Shown: one piece after another, positions 27,103-32,291 of the stretch
Layout: every line of letters starts with the position of its first letter
Numbering within the stretch: position 1 is the stretch's first letter
Assembly: GCA_049670345.1 (NCBI GenBank)
Contig: JBATTD010000304.1
Coordinates: forward strand, 1 to 32,291
DNA from: Ignavibacteriaceae bacterium
GTDB taxonomy: Bacteria; Bacteroidota; Ignavibacteria; Ignavibacteriales; Ignavibacteriaceae
Reading direction: 5' to 3'
DNA length: 32,291 nt
Notes under the pieces: generated by a model
What the model saw: the letters and a program-made list of their open reading frames with translations, nothing else
Databases searched by the model: none
What the model was told of the DNA's origin: nothing
Position numbers and translations under genes: made by a program

Positions 27103-27900
27103 CTATGTATTTAAGATTTTATGTGTAGGGGTATTTTCTAATATAATTTCTGTCCCTATTTGTCTCTCTAATGTATCAATCTTATCCCTGTTTTCCTGAA
27201 TATCGGAAGACAATTTAAAGTAAACAAAAATTAAAGCTAGTAGAGTAACAACAAACAAAATAATAGTTACAATAAGTCCGCTCTTGCTTGTGCTGCTTTC
27301 ACTGTCTGCTGCTCCAGTAGAAAAGTTTGAGACATAACTCTTATCGCTTTTTAATTCAAACTCTTTCTTTGGTTGTATGTGAGTTGTTTTTGTTTGAGGT
27401 CCTCTCCCCTGTTTTTTCATCAATGGTTCCCGCATCACCTTTTTTTCATCCATTAAAGGTTTTTGCAGATTTACGCCATGCTCTTTAATTGATATTCCAC
27501 TATTAGTACTATCTACATCAGCCAGATCTTCTTCAACTACCGGTATTTCAGCTGTCTCGATCGGCTCCTCTTCTAAAATAAATCCATCTTCTTCAATTTT
27601 ATCCAATTCTGCTTCTTTAGCAATTGTATGCTGCTTAACTTCTCCTTCTTTCTCAGCTTTAATTTTTTCACCAAGTTCATAAAGTTTCCGGGCAACATTA
27701 TCCTTAACTTCCGGTTCAGGAACTTCAATATCGAGTAATGTTGGTAGAAATGCTACGAGGTTTTGATAATGGCCTAACTCCTGCCAGGGAAAGTTTTCAT
27801 CTTCTTTCATTAATTTAGTAATGAGTGCATCATCTTCAGGATCCAAACATCCTAAAGCTTTTGCCTGAAGTAATTCCTTTGACTCCATATTACTCATCAT
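27103..27900 (-). CDS. Anti-sigma factor (RskA-like N-terminal domain, single TM)
   Basis: AKALGCLDPEDDALITKLM...WQELGHYQNLVAFL resembles the N-terminal anti-sigma domain of RskA-type proteins. An acidic linker is followed by one TM (GLIVTIILFVVTLLALIFVYF) and a tail of about 37 aa. ATGA overlap with the sigma gene stop. Confidence 0.65.
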   Translation of the reverse strand: MMSNMESKELLQAKALGCLDPEDDALITKLMKEDENFPWQELGHYQNLVAFLPTLLDIEVPEPEVKDNVARKLYELGEKIKAEKEGEVKQHTIAKEAELDKIEEDGFILEEEPIETAEIPVVEEDLADVDSTNSGISIKEHGVNLQKPLMDEKKVMREPLMKKQGRGPQTKTTHIQPKKEFELKSDKSYVSNFSTGAADSESSTSKSGLIVTIILFVVTLLALIFVYFKLSSDIQENRDKIDTLERQIGTEIILENTPTHKILNT

Positions 27901-28481
27901 TCACCTGAAACTAAGTTTTGTTTTAAATTCGAGAGCGAAAGTTTTATTTTAGATTTTATCGTTGCAACCGGAATGTTAAGCTGTTTAGCAATTTCACTAT
28001 GAGATTTACCTTCGTAGTAAGCCAGATAAAGCACAAATTTTTGTGCATCAGTTAATTTGTTCAAAGCTTCTTCAAAATTATCTTTTACTGATAGTGCTTT
28101 GTTAAGATCAAGCGGGTCGATAGATTTTGAAAGTCTGGGTATGATGAAACGATTTTCGTAATCACTACTGTATTTTGGCATTCCTTCGGGATTTTCATTT
28201 CTTCTTTTTATATCAACGGCTTTATTGCGAGCTAATGTTATCAACCATGTATAAACATTATCAGCCAAAATATTAGATAAGTCTTTACACTTCCATACAA
28301 TTACAAATACGTCAGTTAAAACTTCTTCGGCTTTTGTTTTATCTTCAACTATCTTTTTGATTAATGAATATAAAATAGGTGAGTATCGATCATACAATTC
28401 TTCCAGCGCTTTAGAATCATAATCGCCAACTTTGCTCATTATTTGAATCTCAGAAAAAGACTTATAATCGTCCAAGTTCAT
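27897..28481 (-). CDS. ECF-type RNA polymerase sigma-70 family factor
   Basis: Region 2 (YDRYSPILYSLIKKIV, DVFVIVWK, WLITLARNKAVD) and region 4 HTH (LAYYEGKSHSEIAKQLNIPVATIKSKIKLSLSNLK). Translationally coupled to the downstream anti-sigma gene. Confidence 0.88.
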   Translation of the reverse strand: MNLDDYKSFSEIQIMSKVGDYDSKALEELYDRYSPILYSLIKKIVEDKTKAEEVLTDVFVIVWKCKDLSNILADNVYTWLITLARNKAVDIKRRNENPEGMPKYSSDYENRFIIPRLSKSIDPLDLNKALSVKDNFEEALNKLTDAQKFVLYLAYYEGKSHSEIAKQLNIPVATIKSKIKLSLSNLKQNLVSGE

Positions 28482-28675
28482 AAACCTTGAGTAATACTAC
28501 TTATTTATAAATTTAAAAGTACACCTACAATATAAGAAAATCAATCGTAACGATATTTATTATGTAAACATTACTAATATAGTCTCATTCTAAAAGATCT
28601 CACTTTTTATTTCTATAAAAGGTTAAATCTTAATTTATTATCTTTAAGCTTGAATAATTTATATATAGAACTGAA

Positions 28676-31261
28676 ATGACATCAAAGAAAATAAGAGAAC
28701 AATTCTTTGGTTTTTTTAAGGAAAAAGAACATAAAATAGTGCCCAGTGCACCTGTTGTCCCGTTTGATGATCCGACATTATTATTTACAAATGCGGGAAT
28801 GAATCAATTTAAAGATGTTTTTCTTGGTAAAGGAAAGCGGGATTACTCACGTGCATCTGATACACAAAAATGCATACGTGTTAGCGGTAAACATAACGAC
28901 CTTGAAGAAGTTGGATACGATACTTATCATCACACTTTTTTTGAGATGCTGGGAAACTGGTCTTTCGGCGATTATTATAAAAAAGAAGCCATTACCTGGG
29001 CATGGGAATTATTAACGGATGTTTGGAAGCTGCCGAAAGAACGGCTTTGGGCAACGGTTTATAATGATGATGTTGAATCGTACAAGCTATGGAAAACTGA
29101 AACCGATATTGATCCAAATCATATTTTGCGATTCGGAGAAAAAGATAATTTTTGGGAAATGGGTGAAACGGGACCGTGTGGACCATGTTCTGAAATTCAT
29201 ATCAATACAGGGGATGATTATGATAATCCAAAATATGTAAATGCCGGCGTTCCTGAATGCATCGAACTGTGGAACCTTGTGTTCATTCAATTTAATAAGG
29301 ATGAAAAAGGTAAGCTTCACGAACTTCCGATGAAACACATCGATACAGGAATGGGTTTCGAAAGAATGTGTGCGGTTTTGCAAAATAAAAAATCAAATTA
29401 TGATACTGATGTTTTTTCTCCTTTGATTGAACAAGTAGTAAAGCTGTCGGGAATAAAAAACGATACGGAAGAAAATAAAATTCCGATGCGAGTAATTGCT
29501 GATCACATCCGCACTCTTACATTTGCAATTGCAGACGGTGCTGTACCCGGTAACGAAGGCAGAGGTTATGTTTTAAGAAGAATACTAAGAAGAGCAGCAC
29601 GCTACGGAAGGAAATTAAGTCTGAATGATCCGTTTCTTTATAAACTCGTTGATACACTCGTTAAAACAATGGGAGATGTGTTTCCCGAAATAAAAGATAA
29701 AAAAAATTATGTGAAAAAAATTATTAAAGCAGAAGAAGAAAGCTTTAATGCTACCCTTGATAGAGGGATTGAACTTTTTGAAGAAATTGTAGTCCAGCTG
29801 GAAAAAACAAATACAAAAGAAATCCCTGGTAAAGATGTGTTTAAATTATATGATACATTCGGCTTCCCAGCTGATTTAACAAACATCATGGCTCAAGAAA
29901 AAGGATTTACCATAGATGAAAAAGGATTTAACGAGCTGATGGATAAACAAAAAATGAGAGCAAGGGAAGCATCAAAAGATAAATTTGCTTCCGTGAATAT
30001 TTCTATTAATGATCTTTCCTCCTTCAATTTATCTGATGATAAAGCCACAGAATTTACCGGTTATGACGAATTAAAATCCGAAGCAAAAGTTATAGGACAC
30101 AAAAAAGAGAGGGAAACCGATCTAATAATTTTAGACCGCTCACCTTTCTATGTTGAGGCAGGGGGACAGATTGATGATAAAGGGAAAATTCAACTGGATA
30201 AAAATAAGTTTGATGTTGTTGATGTAACTAAAGTTGATAACAAAACTATCCACATTGTTCAAAATGTAAAGGAGGGATTAATATCCGCCGGTGAAAAAGT
30301 GATTGCGGAAATTAACAGCACACGGAGATGGGATATTATGCGGAATCATACAGCTACCCACTTCCTTCATGCTGCTTTAAGAAAAGTCCTTGGGGATCAT
30401 GTTCATCAGGCGGGTTCGTATGTTGGCCCGGATCATTTACGATTTGATTTCACCCACAGCGCAAAACTTACTGATGAAGAGCTACGCGATATTGAAACAT
30501 TGGTTAACGATGAATTGCGAAGAAATTATGCCTTACAACATCACCGGGATATCCCATTTGATGAAGCAAAGAAGATGGGTGCTTTAATGTTCTTTGGTGA
30601 TAAGTATGGAGATAAGGTTAATGTTGTTCAGTTTGGTGAATTCTCTTTGGAATTTTGCGGCGGTACACACGTAAAAAATTCCTCCGAAATAGGTTTATTT
30701 AAAATTTTAAGTGAATCTTCCATCGCCAGCGGAGTTAGGAGAATTGAAGCCGTTACAGGCGCCGGTGTTGAAAAATATATTAGCGACCAGCTTAATATTG
30801 TTAAGCAACATAATGAACGCATTGAAGAGCTACTCGATATGAAAAAGAAACTTGAGAAAGAAATGGCGGAACTCAGCTTAAAAGATAAACTCGGGCAGCT
30901 CGATCATTTATTAGCATTATCTACCGAAGTGAAAGGAATTAAAATTTATAAAGGTAAGGTGGTTGCTGATAGTATGGATGAACTGAAATCATTCGGTGAT
31001 GACATGAGAAGCAGAATGGGTCGAGGTGTTGGAGTGTTGGTTGCAAAGATAGATAACAAGGTCGGTATCGTGGCTGTCGTTTCGGACGACTTAATAAAAG
31101 AGAAAAAACTGGCTGCAGGAAAAATAGTAGCTGAGCTTGCCAAGATTGTTGGCGGGGCTGGAGGTGGAAGACCCCACTTAGCAACAGCCGGCGGAAAAGA
31201 TGTTGAACATATTCCTGCTGCAATTGGTGAAGTGGAGGAGGTTGTGAGTAGTTTAATTTAA
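28676..31261 (+). CDS. alaS: Alanine--tRNA ligase
   Basis: FTNAGMNQFK, HHTFFEMLGNWSFGDY, editing-domain HTATHFLHAAL and CGGTH, and a C-terminal DHHA1-like GGGRPHLATAGG. Confidence 0.96.
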   Translation: MTSKKIREQFFGFFKEKEHKIVPSAPVVPFDDPTLLFTNAGMNQFKDVFLGKGKRDYSRASDTQKCIRVSGKHNDLEEVGYDTYHHTFFEMLGNWSFGDYYKKEAITWAWELLTDVWKLPKERLWATVYNDDVESYKLWKTETDIDPNHILRFGEKDNFWEMGETGPCGPCSEIHINTGDDYDNPKYVNAGVPECIELWNLVFIQFNKDEKGKLHELPMKHIDTGMGFERMCAVLQNKKSNYDTDVFSPLIEQVVKLSGIKNDTEENKIPMRVIADHIRTLTFAIADGAVPGNEGRGYVLRRILRRAARYGRKLSLNDPFLYKLVDTLVKTMGDVFPEIKDKKNYVKKIIKAEEESFNATLDRGIELFEEIVVQLEKTNTKEIPGKDVFKLYDTFGFPADLTNIMAQEKGFTIDEKGFNELMDKQKMRAREASKDKFASVNISINDLSSFNLSDDKATEFTGYDELKSEAKVIGHKKERETDLIILDRSPFYVEAGGQIDDKGKIQLDKNKFDVVDVTKVDNKTIHIVQNVKEGLISAGEKVIAEINSTRRWDIMRNHTATHFLHAALRKVLGDHVHQAGSYVGPDHLRFDFTHSAKLTDEELRDIETLVNDELRRNYALQHHRDIPFDEAKKMGALMFFGDKYGDKVNVVQFGEFSLEFCGGTHVKNSSEIGLFKILSESSIASGVRRIEAVTGAGVEKYISDQLNIVKQHNERIEELLDMKKKLEKEMAELSLKDKLGQLDHLLALSTEVKGIKIYKGKVVADSMDELKSFGDDMRSRMGRGVGVLVAKIDNKVGIVAVVSDDLIKEKKLAAGKIVAELAKIVGGAGGGRPHLATAGGKDVEHIPAAIGEVEEVVSSLI

Positions 31262-31276
31262 TTATTAATTCTTTTT

Positions 31277-31295
31277 TTACCACTAAGACACTTAG
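31277..31295. repeat. Left arm of the 19-bp perfect inverted repeat flanking the GxxExxY gene
   Basis: TTACCACTAAGACACTTAG is exactly the reverse complement of 31771-31789. A further ACACTAAG block (31307-31314) matches the partner flank after a 10-nt indel. It also contains the local hairpin ACTAAG-ACA-CTTAGT. Confidence 0.85.
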
Positions 31296-31324
31296 TACAC
31301 ACAGATACACTAAGAATGTAATTA

Positions 31325-31738
31325 ATGATATTAACGCAAAAGTATATTAATAACTTAGCGTACCAGATTGTAGGCTGCGCCATTGAAGTTCATAAATATT
31401 TGGGTCCAGGGTTACTGGAATCAGTTTATGAATCTTGCCTGGTAGACGAAATGATTGGGCAGGGACTTCCTGTTGATAGGCAAGTTCCAGTTCCACTAAA
31501 TTATAAATGTAAAGATTTAGGATGTAATCTAATTCTTGACTTATTAGTTAATGATCTCATTATTGTTGAACTTAAAGCAGTAGAGCAGATGATACCGGTT
31601 TTTAAGGCACAACTTCTGTCGTACTTAAAATTAACAGGGAAACCAAAAGGATTATTAATAAACTTTAATTGTGAAAATATAACTAAACAACTTGTTCCAT
31701 TAGTTACTTTAGAATTTTCTAAATTACCAGCAGAATAA
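31325..31738 (+). CDS. GxxExxY family protein (PD-(D/E)XK nuclease-like fold)
   Basis: GPGLLESVYESCL carries the eponymous G-x-x-E-x-x-Y. DLLVNDLIIVELKA gives a D...E-x-K nuclease-like motif. Size (137 aa) is typical of the family. Confidence 0.8.
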   Translation: MILTQKYINNLAYQIVGCAIEVHKYLGPGLLESVYESCLVDEMIGQGLPVDRQVPVPLNYKCKDLGCNLILDLLVNDLIIVELKAVEQMIPVFKAQLLSYLKLTGKPKGLLINFNCENITKQLVPLVTLEFSKLPAE

Positions 31739-31770
31739 ATATAGAAATTCACTAAATGTTACTTAGTGTT

Positions 31771-31789
31771 CTAAGTGTCTTAGTGGTAA
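31771..31789. repeat. Right arm of the 19-bp perfect inverted repeat flanking the GxxExxY gene
   Basis: CTAAGTGTCTTAGTGGTAA is the reverse complement of 31277-31295. It is embedded in further CTAAG/CTTAG hairpins (31751-31784). Confidence 0.85.
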
Positions 31790-31801
31790 GTCTCCTTTCA
31801 T

Positions 31802-32291
31802 ATGAGTAAAACAAGAATAAAATATATCTGTTCAAACTGCGGATATGAATCACTGCGATGGATAGGTAAATGCCCGGAGTGTGATAGCTGGAACAGCTTT
31901 ACAGAAGAAATAATCGAAACCTCGAAAAGAAAAGCCGCAACTCCAAAAACAAAAGTAACCGTTACAAAAATTGATGAAATTGTTGCCGCCAAAGAAGATA
32001 GAATACAAACAGGTATAAAGGAATTCGACAGAGTGTTAGGCGGCGGATTAATGCCCGGCTCGGTGATACTTCTCGGCGGCGATCCCGGAATTGGTAAATC
32101 TACCCTGGCAATGCAGGCCGCAGCGCAGATAAATGAAAAAGTTCTATATGTAACCGGGGAAGAGTCGGATAAGCAAATCAAACTACGAGCATCAAGATTA
32201 AAACTAAAATCAGAAAACTTCTTTGTTTTTCCCGAAACTGATCTTGGACATATAATCGCTGCAATAAACAATGTTTCACCCGCTGTTGTTG
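31802..32291 (+). CDS. radA: DNA repair protein RadA/Sms, 3' end cut by window edge
   Basis: My own translation from the ATG at 31802: MSKTRIKYICSNCGYESLRWIGKCPECDSWNSF (C4 zinc finger) ... FDRVLGGGLMPGSVILLGGDPGIGKSTL (Walker A). It is absent from the ORF track because no stop is reached. The 157-aa minus-strand ORF over it is an antisense artefact. Confidence 0.9.
   Translation, partial: MSKTRIKYICSNCGYESLRWIGKCPECDSWNSFTEEIIETSKRKAATPKTKVTVTKIDEIVAAKEDRIQTGIKEFDRVLGGGLMPGSVILLGGDPGIGKSTLAMQAAAQINEKVLYVTGEESDKQIKLRASRLKLKSENFFVFPETDLGHIIAAINNVSPAVV

Noticed and set aside
28482-28675. Possible T-box or other leader upstream of alaS
   Set aside because: No T-box consensus, specifier-loop architecture or terminator/antiterminator pair is visible. 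The region is plain AT-rich promoter DNA shared with the divergent sigma gene.
31798-32271. 157-aa minus-strand ORF at the window end
   Set aside because: It is antisense to an unmistakable RadA/Sms reading frame (zinc finger plus Walker A) on the plus strand. The minus-strand product is low-complexity. Artefact.
1-32291. Search for CRISPR arrays, tRNA/tmRNA/SRP RNA genes, transposases, integrases and toxin-antitoxin pairs
   Set aside because: No regularly spaced direct repeats and no GGTTCGAATCC-type T-arm signatures in intergenic regions were seen. No recombinase-like ORFs or small adjacent ORF pairs were found by eye. Infernal or tRNAscan would be needed to exclude small RNAs formally.

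Overview
AT-rich chromosomal window (GC looks like mid-30s % by eye, not computed). It is mostly core housekeeping genes of what looks like an FCB-group bacterium (Ignavibacteria/Bacteroidota-like gene content; the lineage is inference only). In order: a 5'-truncated Nif3-like gene, a COG1579 coiled-coil/zinc-ribbon gene, RNase P RNA (rnpB, not in the ORF track), recJ, yebC-ruvC-ruvA, a FAH-family hydrolase, a secreted GATase1-like protein, clpX preceded by a secreted TPR protein, dxr-rseP, a LytS-type kinase/LytTR regulator pair, a TonB-dependent-receptor-like outer-membrane barrel, HU and a DUF885-like lipoprotein. Next comes the one clearly accessory-looking block, a four-gene minus-strand operon at 20436-25471: a SpoIID/LytB-like protein with no export signal, a GT4, a two-domain GT2 and a DUF4922/GalT-like HIT-superfamily protein. 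After it: arginase with a translationally coupled small membrane protein, an ECF sigma/anti-sigma pair, alaS, a GxxExxY PD-(D/E)XK nuclease-like gene bracketed by a perfect 19-bp inverted repeat, and the 5' part of radA (absent from the ORF track because it runs off the window). I saw no CRISPR array, tRNA, rRNA, transposase or integrase. The best candidate for an undescribed system is the signal-less SpoIID-like/GT4/GT2/GalT-like operon. The second is the inverted-repeat-bracketed GxxExxY cassette between alaS and radA. All family assignments come from motif recognition by eye; no searches were run.
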